Source: Neolecta irregularis DAH-3
Taxonomy: Eukaryota
Direction: 5' to 3'
DNA length: 34,285 bases
NCBI GenBank assembly: GCA_001929475.1
Contig: LXFE01000834.1
Coordinates: 1 to 34,285, forward strand
In this document: one piece after another, positions 22,276 through 34,285 of the stretch
Numbering within the stretch: the first letter of the stretch is position 1
Layout: every line of letters starts with the position of its first letter
The notes under the pieces: model-generated
What the model saw: the letters and a program-made list of their open reading frames with translations, nothing else
What the model was told of the DNA's origin: nothing
Databases searched by the model: none
Program-made: the position numbers and the translations under genes

Positions 22276-24802
22276 ATGCCACCATTATTTGTCGCCCCAT
22301 TACCATACGATCCCGCCGGAAGATGTGTAGTGCGGAAGCTTCTGGTCGCTAATCGAGGAGAGATTGCCTGCCGTGTTATCCGATCAGCTAGAAAAGTTGG
22401 AGTCTCAACAGTCGCGATATATACCACTCCGTAACGGGTGTTCATTAGCATTTCAATTGACTTGAAGAGATAAAGACAGTCCACACGTTCGATTAGCAGA
22501 TGAAGCTGTACATATCGGAGATATTGGAGAAGTCAATCCGCACATGAATGGACAGTTTTTGGTCGAAACCGCAACGAGAGTGGGAGCAGATTCAATCCAC
22601 CCTGGTACTTCCTTTTGAGGTGTCTGTTTTGAATAGAGGTTATGGCTATTTGAGTGAAAATGCTGGCTTTGCAAAACTCGTTCAAGATTCAGGGCTACTT
22701 TTTGTTGGACCTTCAAGTGAATCAATCAGTCTCCTCGGCAACAAGGTGATCTCAATACTTTCGCAGCGGCTGAATATTTAAGGCTTCCGCAAAGGAGTAT
22801 CTTTCAAAGAACGCATCGAATGTTCCTTTGATCCCAGGATACAATGGCTCAAACCAAACACCCTCATACCTTTCTTCACAAGCTATCGCGATTGGATTTC
22901 CCGTCCTTATCAAAGCGGCTGCAGGCGGAGGTGGGAAAGGCATGCGAATTGTCAGGTCATCCAAAGGAATTGAGGAACTTATTGCACGAGCTGGCTCAGA
23001 GAGTCAGCGTTCTTTTGGATCCAGTCACTTGCTGGTCGAGAAGTATATTGAAAAAGGAAAGCATATAGAAGTCCAAATATTTGGCGATAACAGGGGCAAC
23101 ATTGTTTGCTTTTTTGAACGCGAATGTTCTGTTCAACGAAGACATCAAAAAGTTATCGAAGAAACGCCTAGTCCATGGATATCAAATGGCGTGCGGCAAA
23201 GGATGATGGCAGCTGCTACAGAGATTGGACGATTGATTAAATACGAAGGCGCTGGTACAGTCGAATTTATTGTTGACATCGAATCTTCACAATTCTATTT
23301 CTTGGAAGTCAATACCCGTATTCAAGTCGAACATCCAATCACAGAAGAGACCGTAGGGGTCGATCTTGTTGCACTACAACTTTATGTTGCTGCGGGCGGT
23401 CAATTGGACCGACTGCCTGAACTTCGAAGCCTCAGGCAGACTGTGCGGTCTCCTGCGTCAAATTTCGTTTAATGAACCAGGGTCATGCTATTGAATGTAG
23501 ATTATGCGCAGAAGACCCACATAACGATTTTCTACCTTGCACCGGCATCATTCGCAGATGGAACACCGCAGAAGAACTTGTGAAAACCCATATACCAGGT
23601 CTGCGCTATGAAACCGGGGTAGAGACAGGTTCGGCATACTCTTTACTGGTTTTCAAAGCTAGGCTCCGAGATATCAGTCTTCTTCGATCCTATGATATGC
23701 AAGATCATTGTTCATGCAGAAACCCGACGACAAGCTATTCACAAACTCATATTCGTTCTTCGTCATACAGCAATCCTCGGACTCGTCACCAATCAAGGAT
23801 TCCTCATTTCTTGTCTCGGGCATGAGGAATTCCATAAGGGAGAATATACCACTGGGTTTATTGATTCATTCAGAACTGAGTTATTATTCCCCCCTCCGCG
23901 CCCTCTTCTTACCGGAGAGCTGGCTATTGTACCATCGCTGTTACTTCGTCACATTCGACAAACGATGAGAGCAAGATCGAGCTTTGACACTTTGTCTGCA
24001 GGTTGGCGGAATAACCAATACGATGTGTCTTCCAAACATGTCGACAGCATTACTATTGATCCCTCGACCCTACCAGCGGCCGTCTTCGTACAATATGAAA
24101 AGGATTATGTCCTTGTCTGGGATGAACCAGCCCCAATGAAGTTTGAGGGAAAAGAGTTTCTCAATAAGGTCGGTGGTCAACTTATCTTACGATATTACAA
24201 TACTTTACGCACTCGAAAAGGTCTCGAAGGCCGAACGGAACAAGATTGGCCCTTTGGAGTAGATAAAAATATGAAGAAATATGATTTTCATGTCGATGAT
24301 ATCAAAATCGACTTCATTCGTGGGAAATGGATGACTGCAGATATGCGACTCTCAATCAACGGAATTCAACGGACATATTTCGCTGCGACGGACACATCTG
24401 TCATTAGCTCTGCGATGGCCGTCCAAAACGTATTCGTGCTCTCCAGTGATGTGGGGTTTGGAATCAAGTTTTCTCGACGTAATTTATTAACATATGCTGG
24501 CAAGCTGGACGAGCGAATCAGTGGAGAAGACTTGGAAGGTGTGACAAAACAAGTCATCCGAAACTAATACAGCAGGTGGCGAAAAACGATATTTGACACC
24601 GATGCCCTGTAAGATCTTGATTGTTCTTGCCTCGGACGGTGCAAGAATTTCCAAAGGAGACGGGCTTGTGATAATGGAGAGCATGAAGACAGAAGTCAAA
24701 ATCGCTGCTCGGACAGCAGGGCTTGTCAAGATGAAAGTGAGGGCCGGACAAGTCCTTGGAGAAGGTGAGACCATCTGCGAAATAGAGCAGGATGAAGATT
24801 AG
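22276..24802 (+). CDS. Biotin-dependent acyl-CoA carboxylase alpha subunit (biotin carboxylase plus biotin carrier; MCC/PCC/GCC-alpha-like)
   Basis: [118 protein letters not shown], and biotinyl domain [13 protein letters not shown]. Confidence 0.93.
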
Positions 24803-25249
24803 ATCCTTATAACCTGGTCTATAATCTATATTGAAAGGTCCTTATTTCATGAATTGTTCCTATGAATCGCTCTGTTCTTTTTATCATTCTATTAGAATAA
24901 TAGTCATACTGTATTTACAACAACTGGAACACATGGTCAACTCTAGTGTCTATGTCGATAATGAAGTATTTCTACTATTTATAGAAAAGTGGTGCAGATT
25001 ATCTTGAGTGATTATCAGTACTAAAAATATCTTCTCTCCTGCTATAATGACTGATAATGCCAGTGGATACTAAGTTGATTGCTAACTAGTAGAATCCGGG
25101 GTTCTGGTACGTGGTACGCTAACTACATTACCTCACTCGCAGTTCTACATTATAATACGGGTCTTTGAGCAACGATGCCCTTGCAGAAAATTGGCAGATT
25201 AAGAATAATGAGGCAGTATATATTCATATGTAGTTAGTCGTGTACTATA

Positions 25250-25370
25250 CATATCAGACAGGAGCAAATCACTTAGAAACTAATCAGCAATACTAACACC
25301 CTCGCTCAACATATATAGACAGGAACTAATCAGTTTGAAACTAATTAGCAGTAGTAACACCTTTGCTCAA
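25250..25370 (+). repeat. Diverged ~60-bp tandem duplication
   Basis: CATATCAGACAGGAGCAAATCACTTAGAAACTAATCAGCAATACTAACACCCTCGCTCAA is followed by CATATATAGACAGGAACTAATCAGTTTGAAACTAATTAGCAGTAGTAACACCTTTGCTCAA. Confidence 0.75.
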
Positions 25371-28300
25371 TAATGGCAGTATTGATCATAACCTATATTG
25401 CTATCAACAATAGGTATAACTATGAAACCTGAATTGATAATCTAATACACTGAAAATTTCTAAAAGAATGGCGGAGATTTATGATACGTTGGGGAAATCT
25501 CAGTGAGAAATTCACATGAATTTGACTTAATAATCACTGTCAAGCTGTGGGCTTATTTCTAAGAATTCCGACTTACCTGTCACGATCAGTTCCATCTAAG
25601 CTTTCGGTTCATTCATATTTCTTGATCCACATTAGTAGAGTTCCAATGAAATTTTCGGTGAATTATGTGTATTATGGTAATTCGTAGATGGATGCTTAAA
25701 GTGGCCGTGTTGTATATGAGATGATCTCAAGGCGGTACGCCTCTCAATCGGAATAAAAGGGAACAATGGAGTTCAAAAGGCAGTACAATGAGTATAGGCC
25801 AGCCAGAATGAAGTTAAGTTGCTGGACTTCCGAATGTTCCAATTAATCAATAGCACGGATCATGGCTCTGGGCCGTTGTCACAACTTCATAATATGGGAT
25901 GAATTCGCGCTTCGCGCAGGTTTCAAGATTCTTTATTAAATACTGACAGGTCATGTCAAAGACATGTATGAAATCTCGCTATTGTCTGAAACGAGAAACT
26001 CATGGACATATATCGCAGATTAGGTTTGTTTGTTGTTCGACCACACGAGTTGAACTGGACCCTCAAGGGAAAACCCGCCTGTACGCTGAGTAAAGGTCAC
26101 ACAGGATATAAGGACGTACCAGGGCTAGTCAGCCAAGTATTCATCCAGTAACTGAGAAGATAGGATACGCTTTTATATGCCATGATTGCTTCGACCCAGC
26201 AGCACCCCTTTGTGATTTTATACTTATTACTCCATTTAACTTCACGATCTTGTGAAACATCATCGTGGAGAATTCTTGCACAAAGAAAGCCACTGAGCTT
26301 CTGTAGGTCACTGGAAACATGCTCAATACATTCTTCATGAGTTCGATAAAACTTGATTTCATTAAGCGATCTCGTCGCATCGGTGGTCTATTGTCAAAAA
26401 GATTCCTGGAACTGACTTGCTGGAAGAACTGTCTTGATACGAAGCATCTCGCTCATATCGAAGCAAACGGACCAAGTATAAACCAACTGATCATTGGTCG
26501 TGAACTCGATGATCAAAACTGAGTCGCGAACCAGTGGTTGAGAAGCCATCGAAGGAGAAAAAATGACTGGCTATGGCCAAAGGCAATATTTTCCGGAATT
26601 CCCGTCCAGGACTGAGCTCAGACCGTCGATCTAAATGACTGGTCTTGTCTCTTCCTTCTGTTTAGACCCATATCAATGATGAGAGGGAAACGGTCGTCGA
26701 AAATGACTCCTAGTGACCTGGCGGTCTTTAGAACACAGTGCGTTACTCGGCCTTTGTGCTTGCTTAACAAAAGGAACACATAATAGCCTGCTACAGTCTA
26801 GCTCGGAAGGGATAGATGAAGCATAAAGGCCGGACTCGTCGAGAAAGTTCCTAATAAAAGAAAATGCGAGTTACTGTAGATGTGATTGCGCTGGTATTAG
26901 TATCATTCCACCCCGGTAGCCCGACTATGATTGAGCAAATGCGAGATTTATCTTTTTTAGTAGGAGGTTGAAACTAATTGGCTCTGGACCTCCTTCGACC
27001 GATGCTCGTGCTGCTGTGGCAAAACCGTAACTTGAAAGATTTCTCACCGGAATTACAGATTCGATTCTTGAAAGGCATGTCTGAGAAATAGACTTTAGAA
27101 TCACGCGTAGAAGCTATCCTGTCGAATGTATAGTCATTATTTATACTGTTTCTTAATAAGAACATCTTGCATATCTTGCTTTGTTTCAGTGCTGACGATG
27201 CAGTAGTAACTTTCAAGGCTGAGTCTGAAGACCCGGAATACATGCGGGCAGCCTAGAAGTCTCGTTCCTTCTTGAGTTGCAACTGCGGCGTCAGATTCAT
27301 TTGCCACCCGGCACATTGTCACCCCGCAATAGTACGATTGTACTCACGCCATAGATAACTCCAACAAACGCAGTCATTTCATCTTGAAATCAATTCAAGC
27401 TTTGTCATGTCCTGACGTTGGGAACTGAAGATTTGTTTTATAGATTGAACCGAGGATCTCAACCCCTCTTTCGAGCAATCAGTTTCAACTGGCAATCATT
27501 GCTCATGCTACACATGGTGTAATATTGTCATCGATGAAAGACGTCTTATCAAGCGAAAACACTGCAGAAAGAGTAGCAATGCTTCAACTCTTTAAATTTG
27601 TTATATATTTCAATCAGTTCGAATACTGAACAGGGCCAGAATGGGTAGGCCCAAAGAATAACTCTTACTGAGTATACAGATAGTATTGACTCTCTATGTC
27701 ATCGTGAATAAGACGTCCAAACTCAATAGCTACAAGGAGGCTTAAATTCTTGAAGTGGGATTTTTCGCTGCACCAGAAATGATATGCTTTGAATTCAAGA
27801 AGGAAATACCAACTTTCATTCTAGGTTCGAACCAGAATGACAAGACAGGCACTGGTTATCCTGATTTTGACGCCCAGCAATCCTCTGCGGAACTTAAGCA
27901 TGTACCACTATTTTATTATCCGGAGCTAATAACGAGATATAATCTTCAACTGAGGGTGTGCAATCTGGTTATTGTCTTTCTGCCGACAAGTTTCTGGCAG
28001 TTTTTTAAGACGGTTATCGTACTACACAGAAAGTCGCAATTCGCTCTACGAGTCGAGCTTTGATCATGTTATGATGTAACGATTCGATGTTGGAATAATT
28101 GCGAACTTGAGCTGGAAATTTTCATGGGCTCAAGTTTGCCGTTTCGCTCAGGATCTTCTTATTCTGCATCGTGTTTAAGTGGAGAGAATGGTGTCTCCTT
28201 ACCATTTGATATTTCACTTCCTGTATCAATGGTTGATAAACTGATATAGTTGACTGAACGGATCTCACTTGGCGATGCACTCCACCAGTCTCGAAGTCTG

Positions 28301-28894
28301 GTTCAATAGTGGTTTGATTTATTGAACTATTCTCGTACTAGGAATATAGCGCATTATTTCCTAAATTGGACATTTTCAAATTCCGCACCTTTTTCGTAAC
28401 CTCTTCTTTCGACAAATGACTTCAGGGTGGTCTCAATTGTTCCTCTGCAAGTAGATAGAGAAATCTATCCATGATATCAACTGGGGTTTGAGTCGTGAAT
28501 ACCCTTGGTCTCATAGTCTCGTCAGTTCTATCGAAGATCATTGCTTCCAGATCATTGTTTCCTCTTCGCAGTCAGCGAAAATGAAATCGCTTTGGCAAAT
28601 TGATCAACCCTAGGGCTGGAGAGACCTTCTATTTTTTGCTTAGTCGTGCTGTACTGTGTCGGCTCTACCATTATATAAATTCCTGCTTCTCTTCTGGAGA
28701 TAGTCACAAGGTTTCAAAATGTACAGAAAATAACCCTTACTGCCCGTAGGGATTCTTTGAGAACGGTAACTCTGGATGTATCAGCGATATACGTCTTATT
28801 TCTTGATCTCTTCTCAAATCCTGCCTGGTTTTACGCAACCACTTTAATCTAGTTGTAATGTATCCAATGGCCCTTCTTACCACTTCTTGCATTG

Positions 28895-31768
28895 ATGCTT
28901 GAATTATCGCTTACTGGTATTTCTGTTGCCATCGAGACAGCAATCGGAGAGCTAGTTACTCGGGGCATAAACAGCAAACCATTTTTGCCAACTCAAGCAG
29001 AATCTCTCGGCACGAAAGAAGTTCTAGCGGATCGCGCTAGCGGGTTTAACTTTTGGAAGACGGTGTGCTGGCCCGATGATATCATCCTGTTGCTGATTCT
29101 TTTTAAAAGCTGCATTTGGTCCATCCATTTTCCTGTCATCCTTGCTATGAACATCGTGATCCCGATGCAATTCAACATTATTATTACTGGACTGAGTGTT
29201 ATTGTGACGATCATTGCAAATTTTCTCAATTCTGCAATTGACACTCTCGTTCGGATGTTCAGAAAATATCCTCTTTATTATGCTGTGGATGCTGAGACAG
29301 ATCCAATCGATCATACTGAAAATGATTCTGTCTCCAGCCAGTCTCCTCGGGGCCTGAACAGTAAATCCGAAGATGCACTTGAAGGATTGATCAACCCAGA
29401 CACAATCTCTGGTTTGGATCAGCGAACTGCTGCAGAGCAAAAAAGGGGCATTTGCTGTCAGATCACGCTTGCTATTATACTTCGGGCTTTTTGTCTCAGA
29501 GTGAGCATTTGCACAGTGCACTACAGGGGTATGTTAGCTTCAAAGCTTTACTGAATATGAGAAATATGGGCCACGGGTTTCGATAGGATATTAGAGTGGA
29601 ACAAATCTCTGGTCTGTCTATCATTCCTACCTACTTGGGGATTATCCATTGTCGCATTAGCATTTAGTAGGTATGCCGCTACTTACTTGTCTAAACGTCT
29701 AGTACCCAGAGAAATCAATCAAGTACGTATCTATACGAGCTGGCGAATTAATCCTTAGGTCCAGCAAATCTCCTTCTTTATAGCTGCTTTATATGTCAGT
29801 CTGATCCATTACCTTGGTGTGCCACAAAACCATATTCTGTTTTTTATTATTAGGTATGTGGGCTGCTACGTTCCACACATCAGTAGCCCTATCGTATGAC
29901 CGCTCAATGGTCATGCGATCTTCTGGAATCACTTTCACGGTTGCATTAATCGCAATCGGATCCTGCTTTTTGAGTTACATACTACTTGCTCATTTCGTGG
30001 TAACTAGTCGGAAAAGGTAACCCCATAAAGTGTTCTAGTCCCTCAAGGTCAGCTTAGCAGACAAAGTCGCCACCAAGCAAAATTTCTGGAAGGTCATTAC
30101 CCAAAAGCAAGCTGCTGAGAGAGCTAATTCTATCAAAACCGAATTTATCAGCATTGCATCTCACGAAATTCGAGTGGGGCACTCTCATTGTCAACAACTG
30201 ACAGCAAGACACCGCTTCATGCGATTAGTGGATATGCAGATCTTTTGGAGGCGTCTCATCTCTCTGTGGAACAAGCGACATACGTTCAAAATATTGTTAA
30301 TGGTTGTCGCTTGATACAGTTAATAACAAACAATGTTCTTGATTTCGCAAAGCTTGAGCGCGGCAATAAAGAGACGGAAGCAAATCCAGCTAAAACCGAA
30401 ATACGAAAACTGATCCAGAGCGTAGTCAATGCCGCAGGCGAAAAGAAAGGCGTCGAGATCATCGCCAGCGTGAAACCTTCTGTAGCTGGTGACTTTCTTG
30501 TTGATGAGGTCTATTTAACAAGGGTGTGACGAGTCACGTAATATGAGACTAATGGGTAGGTTCTCATGAATCTCCTTTCCAATTCCCTAAAGTTCACTGA
30601 ATCTGGAAGCGTGGTGGTCGAAGTTTACTTTTGCTGCTCAGAAGGTAAATCGAATTTAGTAATAAAAGTACGCGACACTGGAATTGGTATGAAAATCTAT
30701 AAATGTTATTCCACAAACGTCTTAGGAATTCCAAAAGAGTTTTGTTCTACAATATTCGAACCATTTCGTCAAGCAGATACCAATCTAACGAGGAAGCATA
30801 CCGGCACTGGTTTGGGTATTTGGATTTCCTGCCTTTGTTCAACTATCAGGTCTTGCAATCACCAAGCAACTGGTCAATCTTATGTTCGGCACCATTGTTG
30901 TCAATAGTACTATCGAACAAGGCACAGAGTTCACTGTTACGATACCCTCCGAACTCGGCTTTCCAGCTGACGATACCACAACAAGTTTTATGATAAACCT
31001 CATCTGGTCGGATGAGTTAATAGGTGAAACAATCAGGATTTTCCTCGAGTCTTGCAGTGCCGGGTGTACTCGAATCGAGCCTTCTTTGTTTCAAGCTTTT
31101 GACGATTCGGTAATTGTTTCGAATGTCCTGATTGATGAAATGTTACGCGTGAAAAGAAGGATATTTCTATACCTGGATACAGACACTAAATGCCTTCCTT
31201 CAAACATCATAGTTCTACGGCGTCCGATCATTATTCATTCACTTATAGGCCTAATAAACGCATCGTCCGAGATTATCACACCTACTTCCTTTGACACCTT
31301 AAATCCGGTTCAAGGTGTTAGAATGTCATCTTACGGTGGGAAGTCAGTTCACTTTCAAGCATCGGTTAAAGTATTACTAGTTGAAGATAATACAATCAAT
31401 CAGCAGCTTGGAATCAGGCTTCTCGAACAACTGGGATATGAGGTCGGCGTTGCAGAAAACGGGAGGATCGCTCTCGATAGACTATCTTCAGAGAAGTTCG
31501 ACCTTATTTTGATGGATTCTCAGGTACCCTACACTCTTCAGTCTTTCCTGATGTTGAGATGCCGGTCATGAACGGGTTCGAATGTATGAGAGCAATCCGG
31601 AACTCCGAAAGGATATCTGGACGACATATCCCAATCATTTCACTCACTGCAAATGTTTCCTCTCAGTCTCGTCAGGAGTGCCTGGAAGCTGGAGCAGACA
31701 TGTTTCTACCAAAGCCATTGAGATTACATGAGTTGAAGGAAGCTTGCATAGCCTTCACAAAAGCTTAA
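28895..31768 (+). CDS. Hybrid sensor histidine kinase: MHYT-like membrane sensor, HisKA, HATPase and receiver; true start uncertain
   Basis: H-box KTEFISIASHEIR|TPLHAISG, N-box MNLLSNSLKFT, G1 VRDTGIG, F-box IFEPFRQAD, G2 GTGLGL, receiver VLLVEDN..FDLILMDSQ|MPVMNGFE..LTAN..FLPKP. The N-terminal hydrophobic repeats read CIWSIHF, ICTVHY and LIHYLGMWAATF. Confidence 0.88.
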
Positions 31769-32009
31769 TGAGTTTATTATTTTCTTTTTTCCCTTTAGAA
31801 TTTGAAGGTCTAGATCTAATGCATTTCCGATAGGTTGGAAGGACGTTGGGAAAAGTCTATATTGATAATATTGGGTCCATATAAACATAAATTGGAACTA
31901 TCCCGATTCTCTATTCGCTGCATATATAAGTTAAATAATTTCACTGATGGATTTTCAGATGATTGCTGCCTCTTCAAGTCTAGCTCTCTGAGTCTAACTT
32001 GCTTTCGAT

Positions 32010-32542
32010 CTAACAAACATCTTGCTGGCCCGTTATTCTTTCCCATCCATCATGACCCTTACGCTCTATAAATAGGAGCCTAATGCATAATTTCAGTTTT
32101 CCTGGAAAGAAAAGTGCGAGTACAATGAGCCAGAGAACTATGCGACAAACACAGCCTACTATCGACCGAGGAGGGATGTGGCCTCTGATGGAGGTAGCAT
32201 CTCTGAATTCGAAAGGAATTTGAGCGCCTAGATGTTCAATTGCTACACGAAGACCAGAAGTAAATCCGTCCTCATGAAATCTTAACACATGCTAAGTCAT
32301 GCCATGAAAGAACCTAGTTTACCATAATTTGTCCAGGCTCCGGCAAAAAAACGTCAAAGGTCAGTGAAACATACAAATTGACAATGAAGTTTATTTTGCC
32401 CAACCTCAATATCTACTGTGTTGGCATGACCTCCTAAGCGATTGTCTGCTTCAAACAAATGAACTGTGTGTTCAGAATATTCATTCAAAGCCCAAGTTGC
32501 AGCTAAACCAGAAACCCCAGAACCAATAACAGCGACCTTCAT
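32010..32542 (-). pseudogene. Internally deleted FAD/NAD-binding oxidoreductase (COG2907 / amine-oxidase-like)
   Basis: N-terminus [43 protein letters not shown] is followed after about 20 codons and a TGA (32356-32354) by the family's C-terminal motif FFAGAWTNYG|FHEDGFTSGLRVA. The central several hundred residues are missing. Confidence 0.75.
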
Positions 32543-32674
32543 GCTCAAGCTTGCAACAGATTAGTAGAACGATTTTCGACTACTACCAGAAAGATCGGCG
32601 ACAATTGGAAAATTGTACTAACGTAGAGGCTTGGGGGTGGTTGAGATGTTGGCGCCCCTAACCATCTTCCAAAT

Positions 32675-33553
32675 ATGGACTTGGATCCAACCACTGAAGC
32701 ATTTCAAAGCTACGAGACGGATTTCAAACTGGTCCTTGCAGATGTCTCCCAAAACCTTGATCAGGCGACAGAAGAAAAAGGGGGTAGAGTCACATTTGTG
32801 GAAAGCGAGTTGAAATATAGAGCCACGAAAGGCCGCATTGAATGCTGCTCAGAGGGCGATCGACGAAGCACTGGAAATCGTAGGGCTTATCAATAACAAG
32901 GTCAGTTTTAATAAGTCTAGTATGGACAAATGGAATTCGAGGTAGCCAATATACCACAAGGATCAAGGGGAAAAGTAAATACCCGCTTACGCACCAATAA
33001 AATAGACCTTGATAGATTTAAAAGGGAAATCGTATATTTCTTTTAACTCAGGGTTGTTCTGAAGCTGTAGAGTAAACTTCGGAGTGAGGCAGACCGGGAA
33101 TCTCTGTTAGGAAATCGGTATACTGATCCAGATGATATTGATGCACTCGATCAACGAGTGAGGCTTCTCAGTGGAACGGATCGTTTGGAACGAAGTAGTC
33201 AGCGATTGAGAGACAGTCAACGACTTGCGCACGAAACCGAGGGCCTTGGAGCCGGAATTTTAACAGATCTGAGAGGTCAGCGGGAGCAACTGCAAAATAC
33301 TAGAGATATGGTAAGAAATCTGAGGCAAACCCAACCCTAATCTGGCAGCTTCTGGAAACGGACGGATATGTTGACAAATCTGTTAGGACACTGAAAGGAA
33401 TGGCTCGAAGGTGTGTTTTTCTTGTGGCAACTGCCCTCTATCTAATCATCGGGGCTAATGATTAGGATGGCTACGAACAAAATGATCACTAGCTCAATTA
33501 TCGCTGTACTCACCATTCTCATACTTGTTGTGATATATAACAAGTTTGCGTGA
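32675..33553 (+). CDS. VTI1: Vesicle transport SNARE Vti1
   Basis: FQSYETDFKLVLADVSQNLDQ, QRVRLLSGTDRLERSSQRLRDSQRLAHETEGLGAGILTDLRGQREQL, TDGYVDKSVRTLKGMARRM, C-terminal TM MITSSIIAVLTILILVVIYNKFA*. Five introns. Confidence 0.95.
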
Positions 33554-34285
33554 TTAAACAACTTTGTCGTTACTGTTAGGGATAGCATCACGGTGGAACT
33601 ACATCTATCTTGGCTCCATGGCTGAAGGTGTTCCTCGCTGCAGATAGTATGCGGAATTTCACAACAATCACAGTTTTCATTTCGGATTTTCTCTTGTTAG
33701 CTATTTAGGTCAATTTACAACTTAATCTTATTTCAATGTCATCTTCACCATCTGAAGCTCCATCATAGATCTCTTCAATTCAATTCGTAGATAATCATCT
33801 TGTGCTGTCTCACACTGCACGGTTTATTTCTCCTCAATATAAGCTTCATACTGTAAAGGTGCATAAATATTGAAATGCCATTCTAAGAACCAGAAGGCTT
33901 ACATGAAAAATGGCAATAGAAATCGCTTAATTGCCACATATCTTATCCCCGCCCATCTACCAAAGGACCCCACATTATAGAACGACAAACATGTCTTCTT
34001 TACCACGACCATCATTTTGAAATGAAATAGTTGACCTTTGCACATCAAAATCATTACGGAGCTGCCACAATAAAGATGTAGATCATAAAATTGATCACGG
34101 GATTGAGAGCAAGTACAAACTTCTGTAACATTATGCTTCTCATTGAGTAGGATTGTGTATTTTGGCCTTCGAAGCACGAATGACATTCTTTTAAACCAAC
34201 GAAAGGCTGGTTCGAGGTTATATGAAAGAGTAAGATGATTGACTACATCGTCCTAAGAATCGCTTTTATTCATATATATATATAT

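Noticed and set aside
32354..32356. TGA readthrough or selenocysteine in the oxidoreductase
   Set aside because: Readthrough would still leave most of the enzyme missing. Deletion is the simpler explanation.
33899..34285. 95-aa minus-strand ORF and terminal (AT)n run
   Set aside because: No motif or splice support. The short dinucleotide run at the window edge is uninformative.

Overview
Eukaryotic (fungal) genomic DNA, gene-dense, with many very short spliceosomal introns (those measured are 32-44 nt) that fragment the ORF track. Protein sequences and a Homol D box upstream of RPL1 suggest an ascomycete, possibly an early-diverging Taphrinomycotina lineage (inference only). By manual splicing I reconstruct, in order: a 5'-truncated GC-rich three-repeat Myb protein, a low-complexity/repeat block, a patatin/TGL-like lipase lacking the catalytic Ser, a CHORD-CS Hsp90 co-chaperone, mitochondrial Hsp78, a hypothetical membrane protein, Tim8, a calpain-family protein with Ser at the catalytic Cys position, endopolyphosphatase Ppn1, RPL1, Erv29/SURF4, a small glutaredoxin-like protein absent from the ORF track, a hypothetical protein, a biotin carboxylase/BCCP alpha subunit, an MHYT-like membrane hybrid histidine kinase, an internally deleted FAD-oxidoreductase pseudogene and VTI1. 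The most notable observations are: a phased heat-shock element in a 142-bp divergent promoter shared by two chaperone genes, two apparent pseudo-enzymes, the MHYT-like kinase, degenerate splice signals with at least three GC-AG introns, and a ~60-bp direct plus inverted repeat structure after the Myb gene. No tRNA, rRNA, CRISPR array or transposase was recognised. All family assignments come from motif recognition, not database searches.
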